The notes beneath the pieces were generated by a model. That model was not told the origin of the DNA and ran no database searches. It saw only the letters and a program-made list of their open reading frames with translations. From Octopus sinensis (taxonomy: Eukaryota), in assembly GCF_006345805.1 (NCBI RefSeq), contig NC_043018.1, positions 7,130,001-7,194,000 of the forward strand: 64,000 nucleotides of DNA, given 5' to 3'. The position numbers and the translations under genes were made by a program. Positions within the stretch are counted from its first letter, which is position 1. Each line of letters opens with the position of its first letter. Shown here one piece after another: positions 28,791 through 41,174 of this stretch.

Positions 28791-29659
28791 CCTCAAACAC
28801 ATATGTACATATATATATATATATTTCTATTATAGGCACAAGACCATAAGCTTAAACCTATGGTCACTAACAACATACTAAGCAATAAAGTTTCTTGTAT
28901 GTTCCATTTTCCACTTTGACACCTATATCTTTTGTTATATAACTGTGTGTGTGTGTGCATTTATTTTTATTATTATATTACATATTGATGTATATTATTT
29001 TGTTCGATTTTCATGTTCCTATTTGTATAATTAATAAATAATATGAAATTGTAATATCCGTAAGTTTATAATCGAAATGAATTTATTTCTCCATTTTCTT
29101 ATTTGTATTATGAATTTACGGTAAAAACATTTTTTACCTTCACCCATTCAATACAATAAATGAATTAATTGCTTTGCAATTATAAGCATTTATGTATTTA
29201 GTATTTGGGTACTTCACCAGCAGTATATTGGATAACTGATATCCCATAGTGGGTTACTTTCATAACCCCTACCTTACTTTGTACTATATATATATATATA
29301 CATGGCGGTGTACTATATATATATATGTAAATGGCGGTGCCCCAGCAAATGGCGGTGCCCCAGCATGGCCACAGCTCATAAGCTGAAACTGGAAAAATCA
29401 AAATCATCAAAATCAATACATACACACACACACACACACACATTTATACACTCTGCAGGGGGGTTAGTGTTAGGAAGGGCATCCAGCCATAAAAACCGTG
29501 TAATTACACAGAAGCATGATGCAGGTTTCGGCAAGGGCAGCTCTTGTCAAGTCACCCAACCCATACCAGCATGGGAGGAGGAAGTTAAACGAAGATGATG
29601 ATGATGATATTAGGCATAAATAATGGGTTCTATATATTTATTTGCGCATTAAATGTATT

Positions 29660-29965
29660 TATGTGCCGGTGGCACGTAAAAAGCACCATCCGAATGTGGC
29701 CGATGCCAGCACCGCCTTGACTGGCTTCCGTGCCGGTGGCACGTAAAAAGCACAAATCTGATCGTGGTCGTTGCCAGCCTCGCCTGGCACGCAAAAAGCA
29801 TCCACTACACTCACGGAGTGGTTGGCTTTAGGAAGGGCATCCAGCTGTAGAAACACTGCCAGATCAGACTGGAGCCTGGTGCAGTCTTCTGGCTTCCCAG
29901 ATCCCCGGTCGAACTGTCCAACCCATGCTAGCATGGCGAACGGACGTTAAACGATGATGATGATA
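29660..29965 (+). mobile_element. RTE 3' UTR fragment (family F)
   Basis: gtgccggtggcacgtaaaaagcac modules then ...ggacgttaaacgatgatg. Confidence 0.85.
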
Positions 29966-30060
29966 TATATTTGCATAAGAGTATGCATATATATATATAT
30001 ATATATGTATGTATACATATGGTAAGTTAAAAATAATGGTCATCACGTATTATTTATATA

Positions 30061-30095
<35 letters not shown>

Positions 30096-30500
30096 GCATA
30101 CACTGTTATGCAAATATATACACAACAATTTTAAGTTCAAACTGAAGTACTCTGCTAAATGCTAACATCAACTGATTCTATTCTATCGCTCGTTGCATGG
30201 CATGTGCTACATGTTAAAGAGGCAGATTCCATCTTTTGTTCAAGGGCACTCTCTCTCTCACTTTCTCTCTGTCTTTCTTCCTCTCTCTCTCTCTCCCTCT
30301 CTCTTACCAGCATATGGAATGGAATGGGAAATTCTTTGAAGATGTCCAATCAATGAGAGAAGATGGGGAGGAAGTTTTAATTCAGTTTTGCACTTAAAGA
30401 ACGTGATACATATATTGATTTACACACACACACACACACACATATGTATATGTATATATGTGTGTGCGTGTATTTGTGCATGTGTGTGCCAGTGTGCATG

Positions 30501-30543
<43 letters not shown>

Positions 30544-31375
30544 GTACACATATATATATGTGTGTATATATATTTACACACACATGTACACATGCATATA
30601 CATATATATTTATATACACATATATATACATAAATATATGCATATATATGCATATATATATATATATATACATACACATATACATACATATATGCATATA
30701 TATATATATATATACACACACATACATGAATGCACATATATATTATACACATATACATGTATGTGTGTGCATGTGTTTGTATATATATATATACACACAC
30801 ACTTGATGGATCAGACCAATAGAGATAGTGATGAAGTATGTGTTGGTGGTAGGGGTCTTCATAATAGTTGTAGGGAGCTGTGACGGTGATGGTGAAGGTG
30901 ATGGTGAAGGTGATGGTGATGGCTATGCTAGTGTTTGTGATGGTGGTGGTGGTTTTTGGTGGCATGAAATAATCAATCAGACTGTCTGCTGTAAAAGTTT
31001 TGGCAGTGATTCCAAGATCTAATCGTACTAAAGCCTTAATGGGTTGAGTGGCTTTACAATGTTATCTTTCTTATTCTTCAATCTAGTTCTGCCAAAAGAA
31101 AAGACAAAAAGCTAAATATAGAATGCGAAGGTGGTGCCATGCTTGCTGATAGCAGACCACAGTTAAAATGGGAATGAAGATTCACACCGAGAAAAGCAAT
31201 TGGTTTCTAACCGTTTCCCAAGAATAATGCTGACATTGCTGACATTGACAAGCCGTGTTCATGTTTATATGCAAATGTATGTGTGCATATACACACACAT
31301 TGCATATATATATTCATATGCATACACACGCACACACACACACACACACACACACTCACTCACACCCACACATAT

Positions 31376-31433
<58 letters not shown>

Positions 31434-31434
31434 G

Positions 31435-31506
<72 letters not shown>

Positions 31507-31757
31507 TATATATGTAGATATATATATATATAATATATATATATATCTATTATATATATATATATATATATATGTAGATATATATATATATATTAGTAGA
31601 TATATATATATATATTGTAGATATATATATATATATACATGTAGATATATATGATAATATATTATGTATAATATATATATATATATATATATATTGACAT
31701 GTATGTATACATGCATGGATATGTATACATATATGTGCAGATATACATATGCACACA

Positions 31758-31990
31758 CAAAATCTGTTTCTCGGAGTTTCACGTTCCTATTCATCGGACA
31801 GTTTTGTTAAAATTTTTTTAAAATTTTGTTAGAATTTTAATAAAACTGTCCAACGAACAGGAACGTGAAACTCCGAGTAACAGGTTTTGCTGAATTTCTG
31901 CTGCTTTTAAATAAAGCATATTACTCTACCTCTGGTATTTGAGTACTCTTTTTTGTCACCTTGTTTCACATTTATGTGTTTACTCCGGTA
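31758..31990 (+). mobile_element. Fold-back repeat with hammerhead-like arms (Penelope pLTR-like), copy 1
   Basis: Inverted arms within 31758-31889, then a ~100-bp tail shared with 54756-54930, ending in (TA)n. Confidence 0.7.
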
Positions 31991-32937
31991 TATATATATA
32001 GATAGATAGATACATACATAAATATACATACATATGTACATGTATATGTACATATATATGTTTATGTACACACACACACATGTATATGTGTTTGTATGTG
32101 TGTGCATGTATATGTGAATATAATGAGCCATATATTCTTGTGTGTGTGTGAGTCTGTGTGTGTGTGTATTTACATGATTATATACTTTTGCAGGGTTATA
32201 TATGCAAGTATACATACACATGTGCAAATATGAATATAGGCATATATACACATTAATATATACTCTGCTATCAGAGACAACTGAGAGGAACTCAATGTGA
32301 CATTGAACAAAGAGAATCGATTTGAAAGTCTGCTGTCAACTCTACTCATGTTTGTCCTTTTACCTGGTGCCAGTACCAGTGCTATTATGTGGCACTGACA
32401 TGGATGCTTTTATGTGGTGCCTGCATGGGTACCTGTAATGTGACAGTGGAGCCCTGCACATTCTGTAAAATGGTTGACATTAGGAAAGGTATTCATCTGT
32501 AGAGGCCATGATGCAGCAGATAACTGGAACCCGGTGCAGCTCTTTCAGCCGATCAGCTCCTGTCAAACCAACCAATGCCAGTATGGAAAATAGATGGTAA
32601 ATGATGATGATGATGATGATGATATATATCACCCATAAGCTGACCTGGTTGATTACAGATAGCAGTCTAAAGGAGGCAGCCCTTTGCACTTAACGCTTCT
32701 CCTTCGTCTGTGAATTCAACAGCGAGCCACAAGATCTTTTCTTCCTAAACTTTGAAGAGAGGTTATGGGCCACCAGTCATTAAGGTCTGAAGAGACACTG
32801 TAAAGCTATGGACATGAAAATCTGGGTAACCCCACAGACCAACCATAACTACCTTTATCTATCTATCTATCTATCTGTCTATCTTTCAGTCTATCTATCT
32901 ATCTATCTATTTACCTACCTATCTACCTATATACTTT

Positions 32938-33090
32938 ATAATTAGGGTTCAGCAAATCTTTGCTGAACCCTAATTATTTAGTATTACTTAAATTTACCGT
33001 GAAATGGTCTTTTTTCATGCCGAATTCTACTTGGTGAAATTATTGATTACTCCTTAATTAATTAATTTTACCCTTTGTTATCTACCTATA
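32938..33090. repeat. Fold-back plus conserved motif family, shortest copy
   Basis: Perfect 19-bp arms ataattagggttcagcaaa/tttgctgaaccctaattat; downstream atggtc.tttt.catgccgaa..ctacttggtgaaatt is shared with the 37.5 and 48.35 kb copies. Confidence 0.75.
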
Positions 33091-33098
33091 TATTATAC

Positions 33099-33131
<33 letters not shown>

Positions 33132-33149
33132 ATATATAATATATATATT

Positions 33150-34036
33150 TGGAGAAGCCATTATGAAAGATTGCTGAATGTTGAGAATGAATAGGAGGAG
33201 GAGAGCCTGCCAAATGTTGACCCAGTATAGGGACCAACTATCTGAATAGACAGCACCCTGGTAGATAAAACAAGAGTATGAAGCCAGGGAAATCCCCCAG
33301 GCCCCATCAGAAATCACTGCTGAGATGCTTAAAATATCTGGCAGCACAGGTTATGGCCTAGTCACCCGTATTGTAAACCAGGTAGTTCACAATGGAGTCA
33401 TACCCAATGACTGGCGTAGCAGCACCATAGTCAACTGCTGCAAAGGTAAAGGTGATGTTTTATAGAGAAATAACCACAGGGGTATCAAACTGCTGGATCA
33501 GGTGATGGAGGTCACGGGGAGGATCATAGCCCAACTAATTAGGGAGAGAGTATGCTTAGATGAGATGCAGTTCAGTTTTGTCCCAGGTAGAAGCACCACT
33601 GATGCTATATTCCTGGTACGGCAACTACAGGAAAAATACCTAACCAACGATAAACCTCTATACTTAGCTTTTGTGGACTTGGAGAAAGCCTTTGACAGGG
33701 TACCTTGATCCCTTATCTGGTGGGTGATACAGAAACTAAGGATTGATGAATGGTTAATAAGGGCTGTACAGGCCCTATACAGAGTGCCTCTCACTCAGAG
33801 TGAAAGGTAGATTGTACGAGGCATGTGTGCAAACTGCCACACTTCACTTCGTGCCAGTACCCCCATACTGGTTCCTGTGCCACTCTCAGAGTGGTTGGCA
33901 TTAGGAAGGGCATTCAGCTGTAGAAACGCTGCCAGACTAGACTGGAGCCTGGTGCAGCCACTGATTCTCCAGACCTCAGTCAACCATCCAACCCATGCCA
34001 GCATGGAAAAACAGACGTTAATCGATGATGATGATA

Positions 34037-34037
<1 letters not shown>
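33150..34037 (+). mobile_element. Internally deleted RTE LINE copy
   Basis: RT motifs RGIKLLDQVM, QFSFVPGRSTTDAIF, LAFVDLEKAFDRVP; jumps to RVKGRLYEACV and then to the family F tail with (gat)n. Confidence 0.9.
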
Positions 34038-34075
<38 letters not shown>

Positions 34076-34564
34076 GAAATGTGACAACAAAGAAAGAAAT
34101 AATTATCAAATTTACTTCATTAGCTTATAGCAGAAACAGTTGTAAGCTAATGAACTTGATAAGATAATTGTTTATGCTTCTGTCATCTCAAATTTTTATT
34201 ACCACTTTGTGCTTAACTAACACTTTATTCTGGAGCACATGTATATTAAGTTCTACACCAAGTTATTAGTCTTGCAATGCCTAAGGGAAATATATATATA
34301 GTTGGTATTAATAATTATAAAGAGTATGGAGACTTGTATCATACATGCACAAAACTTATTTTATAGTTATACACAGCATATTATAATGACCTACAGCTAG
34401 ATGTAGTTACAGATATTAGTTACTGATTGTTGCGGTTAGCCGTTAACAGGAACATAACTAAGAGCCAATACAGTATCTACCCAGAAAATATAACCCTCCA
34501 AACTCACTTTTATGTGTGTGTGTCTGTGTTTTCTGTTCAATACTGTATTTATTTATATATAATA

Positions 34565-35055
34565 CTGTAAATCCTCGAGTATAATCCACATTTTTTCCCC
34601 AATATTTAAAGATCAAAATCCCAAGTGCCTATTGTATACGAGGTTAAAAATGAAAAATATTTTCTAAGCAATGTCCGAGTCTCTATTTGCTGTCCGGCAA
34701 TGTTTATTCAGAAGCATTTTGTGATGTCAGGCACGAAGATACCTTAAGCTAAGCCTGAAAGCAATGAAGTCATAAAAGAATCATCCATAACTTGCAGTAA
34801 GCAACATTGATTAAACGTTATTACTGTTATTTCTTTATTTTCTGCAAACAAATTGCACAAAAAGCTACACGTTTGCATTATGTTATATATACAATAATAA
34901 AGGACATTACCGTATATATTTTTACAAACCAAGGATGTTATATTGACCTCCTTAACTCAAATTAGAGAAGGGGTGCATATTATACATAAGGTTTAGGTTT
35001 TTCAGAGGTACAGTCCCCTAAAAATCCCCTGCGTATTATACTCAAGGATTTACAG
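34565..35055. mobile_element. MITE, copy 3
   Basis: Same TIRs and TA flanks; lacks one subterminal repeat. Confidence 0.9.
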
Positions 35056-35437
35056 TACACGTCTTTTCCATAAAAAATATAATTGAGCAATTTCTGCAAT
35101 ATTGACTTGACAGTCAGTGCACTTTTAGAACAGGCATTTGTAGAGTTGAAAGCTCACTTTTAAATTTGCTTTGGTTTCATCCAGGAACCGTGAAAATTTA
35201 CACTTTATTCTGTGCAGTAGTGACAATAAATCTGACTAAATGTTGTTTTACATGTATTATAACATGAAGGAAAAGCCAATCTATATTGTACAGAAAAGTT
35301 TTCTTCCAGGCTTTCATTGCTTACAGTAACAGATATACAAGTATACACGACATAGAGAGAGAGATAGCTGGATGGATGGACGGATGGATGTATTGACAGA
35401 CAGCCGGATGGACATACAATATATATAGATATATATA

Positions 35438-35676
35438 TCATCATCATCATCATAATTTAACGTCCATTTTCCATGCAAGCATGGGTTGGATGGTTCGATT
35501 GGGTTCTGGGAAGCCAGGAGGCTGCACCAGGCTCCAGTCTGATCTGGCAGTGTTTCTACAGCTGGATGCCCTTCCTAATGCTAACCATTCCATGAGTGTA
35601 TTGGCGTTAGGAAGGGCATCCAGCTGTAGAAACACTGCCAAATCAGACTAGAGGCCTGGTGCATCCTCCTGGCTTC
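35438..35676 (-). mobile_element. RTE tail (family F) with an inverted duplication
   Basis: 35510-35590 is reverse-complementary to about 35600-35676. Confidence 0.85.
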
Positions 35677-35952
35677 ATATATATATATATTATATAATAG
35701 TTAGGGAATATAATAATCCAAGCCAAAGGGAGTAAAAATTCAATTTCGCACACTAAATCAAAAATTCACAATTATATATATATAATATATATATATATAT
35801 AATATATATATATATATATAATTTAGAGACAAACCGCTATTTAGTTATTCAATCTATACTGAACGCTATTATCTATAATAACCACATAGAAAGTAATTAA
35901 AATTATATTATAATTATCATTCTAAAAATCACAAAACAAAACAAACATTATA

Positions 35953-36044
35953 CCGACTACGCACGTTTCATGACTAAATATATAAATCGATAATATTAAA
36001 AGTTAATATTCGATTTTAAAATATATAGCCACTCGTCAGGTCAA
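35953..36044 (-). ncRNA. Type I hammerhead ribozyme fold with an extended stem II
   Basis: ttgac-CTGACGA-gtggcta...tagtcat-GAAA-cgtgcg-TA-gtcgg; all core nucleotides and three stems present. Confidence 0.8.
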
Positions 36045-37107
36045 AATATAACATAAAATAAATAAAGATATTATAATTAAATAATAAATATATAAATATA
36101 TGTATCTTAGCAGTAAATAATCCAATAAAATATAACAATATAAATGTAAAGCAAAAACATAACTTATCTCAGTGATGAAAACCAGTTATATGAAATTTTA
36201 TACTTTAAACTATCAATCTAGCTTGGTAAAAAAATCTATTGTTAAACGTGACATAAACAATAAATATATAGATATATGTATTTTAATGCTAAAAATTAAA
36301 ATAATCAAATAAACGTGACGTAATATACGATTTTATAATTCTAAATTCTCAATAATTTAAAACTACGACATTATATGTAAAAAATACATAGAATAAAACT
36401 AAACTAAATGTCTATAAATTCATATATATTCTTCAATTTATTTTATTAACCTCTTGGTTTAATCTTATTCTAGTTATGTACATACACTACATAAACTACA
36501 ACTAATTTATACTCATCTCATTATACTACTACATAATATAACTACATAAATTAATAACATAAATCAGGGTATATATATATAGAATAAAACTTTATATATA
36601 AAGAACGTGAAATTCACGAATTGACGAACACGGAAAACAGACAGTCATTCAGAGCCTTCATTCTTCAGTCAGAAACCAATTCATCATGGCAAATTTCGGC
36701 TGTTTAATTCTGAGATTTGCTCCAAAACAGCCAGCCCCAAGGAAAAGCTAAGCTATGGGCATTAGATTTCCTTGGTAGAAGGAAAGAATGTGACAACAGA
36801 GACGAATAGGAAAACAAGAGACGAAGATAAAATTGGAAACAGTAACGAATAAAAACAGGAATGACTTTGAGACAAAATGTGACGAAAACAATTAATCAGC
36901 AAACGTGGGAAGTGATTACCTTTTCGGTAGAGATGACACGTGTAGTACAGGTGGCTGTCACCAATGGAATGGCTTAGTAGCAGCAGGTTGCAAGAAGGTG
37001 AGAGAGAAAGAGAGACAGAGAGAGAGGGGATTAAGGAGGGCCGAGAACAGAAGCAATGACCAAGAGAGAGAGAAAGAAAGAATTAAAGAGGATGAGAGGA
37101 AGAGGCG

Positions 37108-37142
<35 letters not shown>

Positions 37143-37147
<5 letters not shown>

Positions 37148-37566
37148 ACAATAAGGGTTTAGCAACAAGTTGCTTGACCACATACCAAAAATTTAAGAAG
37201 TAGCAGCCAAAAGACTACTATTTCCTTTTTCTTCAAAAATATGTCTCCACAGACAACATTTGTAACTCACACATGGCAAAAAAGTAGAAAAATAATGAAA
37301 TCAAACAAATTTTGATTAATTATGGATGCGTTTCTGGATTAATTAATCGATGACTGTTTGATTTCATTATTTTGCTATTGGCTGCTATTTCTAAAATTTT
37401 TGTTATGTGGTCAAGCAACTTGTTGCTAAACCCTTATTGTTATAATTATATATAAAAAAACTTTTTGTATAAGTTTTTACCGAATATGGTCCTTTTCCAT
37501 ACCGAAAAACTACTTGGTGAAATTTGTTGATTTTATTAGATTAATAATCTTTCACCTTATATCTGT
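37143..37566. repeat. Fold-back plus conserved motif family, medium copy
   Basis: ~60-bp arms at 37143 and ending 37445; motif atggtccttttccataccgaaaaactacttggtgaaatt at 37486-37524. Confidence 0.8.
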
Positions 37567-37570
37567 AATG

Positions 37571-37602
<32 letters not shown>

Positions 37603-37648
37603 TTTTTTCCATGGGTATGAATAAGTATTTCATTTATGTCTTACGTAT

Positions 37649-37709
37649 TTATCGCTGAAGAGGGGAAAATTCTTATGAATTAACCCCGAAATTGGGACCA
37701 ATACGGTAA
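37649..37709 (+). ncRNA. Type I hammerhead ribozyme fold
   Basis: ttatcg-CTGAAGA-gggg...cccc-GAAA-ttgggaccaa-TA-cggtaa; intact core, AUA cleavage triplet. Confidence 0.85.
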
Positions 37710-37836
37710 TAACGGATTTTTTAGAAATTTCTATTGGCTTGTTTCGAGACGCATAAATTATAATGGTTATTGACAATTTTGTCTTTTTTTCAGCATATTT
37801 GGCATTAGAATTCTTCTTTTGCCCTTATTTTATAAG

Positions 37837-37896
<60 letters not shown>

Positions 37897-38199
37897 TAAT
37901 TTAATACAGCCATAGCTACATCAGTATGTTGATAATAGGTAAAGTAATGAGTGGCTGGACACTAGAGTTTCTTGACAGGTGAAGGTTGGAGACTAAAATG
38001 CCTCTACACAGTAATTACACAACAGATTCATGCCACCCGCAACATTTGAGTGACAGCTACTCATTCAATTTTTCATTTCAAAACCAGACAATTTTAAAGA
38101 TAATCCAAGGCAACTTAATGTGAATTGTACAGCTTTCAAAATAAGATGTATCACCTAAATGTCACTGAATACATAAATAACACAGGATATGTAAATATA

Positions 38200-38265
38200 T
38201 ACATACATACATGTATGTATGCATGTGTTTCTGTGTATATATATATATATGTATGTATGTATATC

Positions 38266-38308
<43 letters not shown>

Positions 38309-38436
38309 GTATGTATGTATATGTATATGTATGTATGTATGTATGTATGTATATATATATACGTATATATGTATGTATGTATATATATATGTATGTATGT
38401 ATGTATATATATATATGTATGTATATACATGTGTAC

Positions 38437-38468
<32 letters not shown>

Positions 38469-38476
38469 GTATATAT

Positions 38477-38510
<34 letters not shown>

Positions 38511-38535
38511 GTATATATATGTATGTATGTATATG

Positions 38536-38567
<32 letters not shown>

Positions 38568-38579
38568 TATGCATGTATG

Positions 38580-38617
<38 letters not shown>

Positions 38618-38665
38618 TATATGTATGTATATATATATATGTATGTATATATATATATATATATG

Positions 38666-38704
<39 letters not shown>

Positions 38705-38800
38705 ATATATATATATATATATGTATGTATATATATATGTATGTTATATATATATATATGTATATATATATATGTATATATGTGTGTGTGTACACACATA
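38200..38800. repeat. (TA)n/(ATGT)n microsatellite
   Basis: Direct inspection. Confidence 0.9.
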
Positions 38801-39083
38801 CATACGTAATATAATAAGTAGATAGATAGAAACAAACATCTATATACGTATACATATATGCCCATGTGGGTGTGTATTCAATAATTTGTACCTATATGTG
38901 TGTCATGAATGTATATGTGGACATGTATGCATTTATATGAATATACACACTCACTCTCACATACACATATATATATATATATATGGTACTGGCATACCTG
39001 TGAGGTTAAGAAGTTCACTTTCCAGCTGCATAATCTTGGGTTCAATTCCACTGCAAAGCATTTTGGGCAGGTGTCTTGTAATA

Positions 39084-39800
39084 CACTGAACCGCAAAAGA
39101 AACGCGAGATGTTTGTGACTGTGAAATATGTTTTAATTTCATTATGTCAGAGATAAATTTTGATAAATTTGATAAAGTAAATTTCTTGGATGCACTTTGA
39201 CCACTGTCTATGGGTTGTTGTCATATGTTCTAGTGGGCAGATCCAGCACATTGAGATTGTAGGGCATGACATGTTCATTACTGTGTATGCCCTCCCTGGG
39301 TGTTCAAAATGGCCATACACCATCAGTACCTGGAGTGCATGAGGTGGTTCATAAAGCCATTGGTACCTGTGTCCACACCCTGAAGAAAGTTGTCTTCAGT
39401 TTCACTTGGGACCTGGTTCAGCCATCTCTGGATTTCATCCCATAGCTGTTCATTTGGGTTCAAATCTGGTCAGAGAGCCAGCCACAGCATAGTTCTGATG
39501 TTGTGCTGATGGAAGAAGTCCATGGTGACCCTGGCCGTGTGGGAGGAAGCATTGACCTGCTGGGACACATGGCTATGGTGACAAATTATGAAAGGCAGGA
39601 ATGCGGTTCAAGTATATTTTTATACCCATAACCTCCATGAGATGCACATGCAGTTCAGTTTTCATGACAATTGTGTGTGACTGCCACCCATGGCATTCAA
39701 TGCAGCTGCGTTTTGGCATCTCATTTCAGGGAAAGTTGAAAGGTTACTGGCAATCTGGGTCTCAGCCATAAACCAGCATGTCTTGGAATATTTACACTTA
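39084..39800 (-). mobile_element. Degenerate Tc1-like (DD34E) transposon, 3' half
   Basis: TA|cactgaaccgcaaaagaaacgc terminus; QQVNASSHTARVTMDFF...L*PDLNPNEQLWDEIQ. Confidence 0.8.
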
Positions 39801-40294
39801 CATCCCTAAAATAAATTTTCGGAATTTACCATATAAAAATGACATTTGAAAAAATCATGTTTCTTTTGCGATTCAGTGGATAATCTGAATTTACCAAATG
39901 CCTTGTGAGTAGTTGTGATAGATGGAAACTGAAAGAAGCTGATCCGCTGTGAGTGTGTGTGTGAGTTTGTACTGGTGATTAAGCCTGGATCCACTTGAGA
40001 AGTGGAAATAATCTCAAGAATTCTCCAATACTGACACACCATGAAGCCAAGGACTGGATTAGTGTCTGGAGATAATAGGGTAAGAGTTACATATACATGA
40101 GAGGTAATACTTCTTGCCACATCAATATGGCTGTTCAACATTGCTACCATTTAACCCCAGGCAGAACCTCCACCAGCTGGTTATCGGTGTAATCTGCACC
40201 CGGTACATATTGAGATTTTCTAACTAGCTACTTTGCTTGTTGCAAGACCGGTGACTGATTGTCACTTAGTTTTCTATATATTGTGAGCTGGAAA

Positions 40295-40527
40295 AAGCAG
40301 TGAGCTGGCAGACACGTTAGTGCGCCAGGCAAACTGCGTAGCCGTATTTCGTCTGTCGTTACGTTCCAAGTTCAAATTCCGCCGAGGTTGACTCTGCCTT
40401 TCATCCTTTCGGGGTCGATAAATTAAGTACCAGTTATGCACTGGGGTTGATATAATCAACTTAATCTGCTTATCTGTCCTTGTTTGTCCTCCCTGTGTTT
40501 AGCTCCTTGTGGGTGGTAAAGAAAAAA
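40295..40527 (+). mobile_element. SINE family B with a 16-bp TSD
   Basis: tatattgtgagctgga on both sides. Confidence 0.9.
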
Positions 40528-41094
40528 TATATTGTGAGCTGGAGCAAATTCCTGCTATCTCTAGCAGTTAGGTGTTCACCTCTGAAAATGGACACAAGTA
40601 GTCTGAAACTATTCGGTCTGGTGATCCCATCATAGCTAAAAGAAGGTAGAGGTTCACTCCCCTGCTTGTAATATATATCTGGTGCAGATTGCATCGATAA
40701 CCAGCTGGAGGAACCTCTTCCTGAGATTAAAAGCAATATAACATCGAAGAACCATATTGATGTGGTAATAAACATTACTTCCCAGTATAGTTACCACTTT
40801 CATCTCTTATTGAGATTTTCTAACAAGCTACTTTGCTCATATACACATTTTTCTGGTTCAGTAGCTGCCATCAGTATGATAGTCTTCCTAACTTATCTCC
40901 AGTAATCAAGGGACTTAGACATATACCAAAAATATTCTAAGTATCTTTATATATTTTTGATGATAAATTAGTTACAGATGACAATCAATTAACCTTTTAA
41001 GACTTGGTGGTTCAATGATCAATTTTATTATTAATTCCTTTTTAAATAGCAGCATTTTTAGTATATGCGTTAAGGCCATATAGTATTATAATTA

Positions 41095-41103
41095 TTGTTG
41101 TTG

Positions 41104-41174
<71 letters not shown>

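Noticed and set aside
32941-32975. TTAGGG-like sequence at a fold-back boundary, suggesting a telomere link
   Set aside because: Single imperfect unit, not conserved in the other two copies.
34120-34141. tagcttat, resembling the 5' end of miR-21
   Set aside because: Only 8 nt match, and miR-21 is a vertebrate family.
36600-36780. ctgaaga and ggctgttt/aaacagcc-GAAA pieces on the minus strand
   Set aside because: The core halves are in the wrong order or incomplete; possibly a decayed pLTR only.
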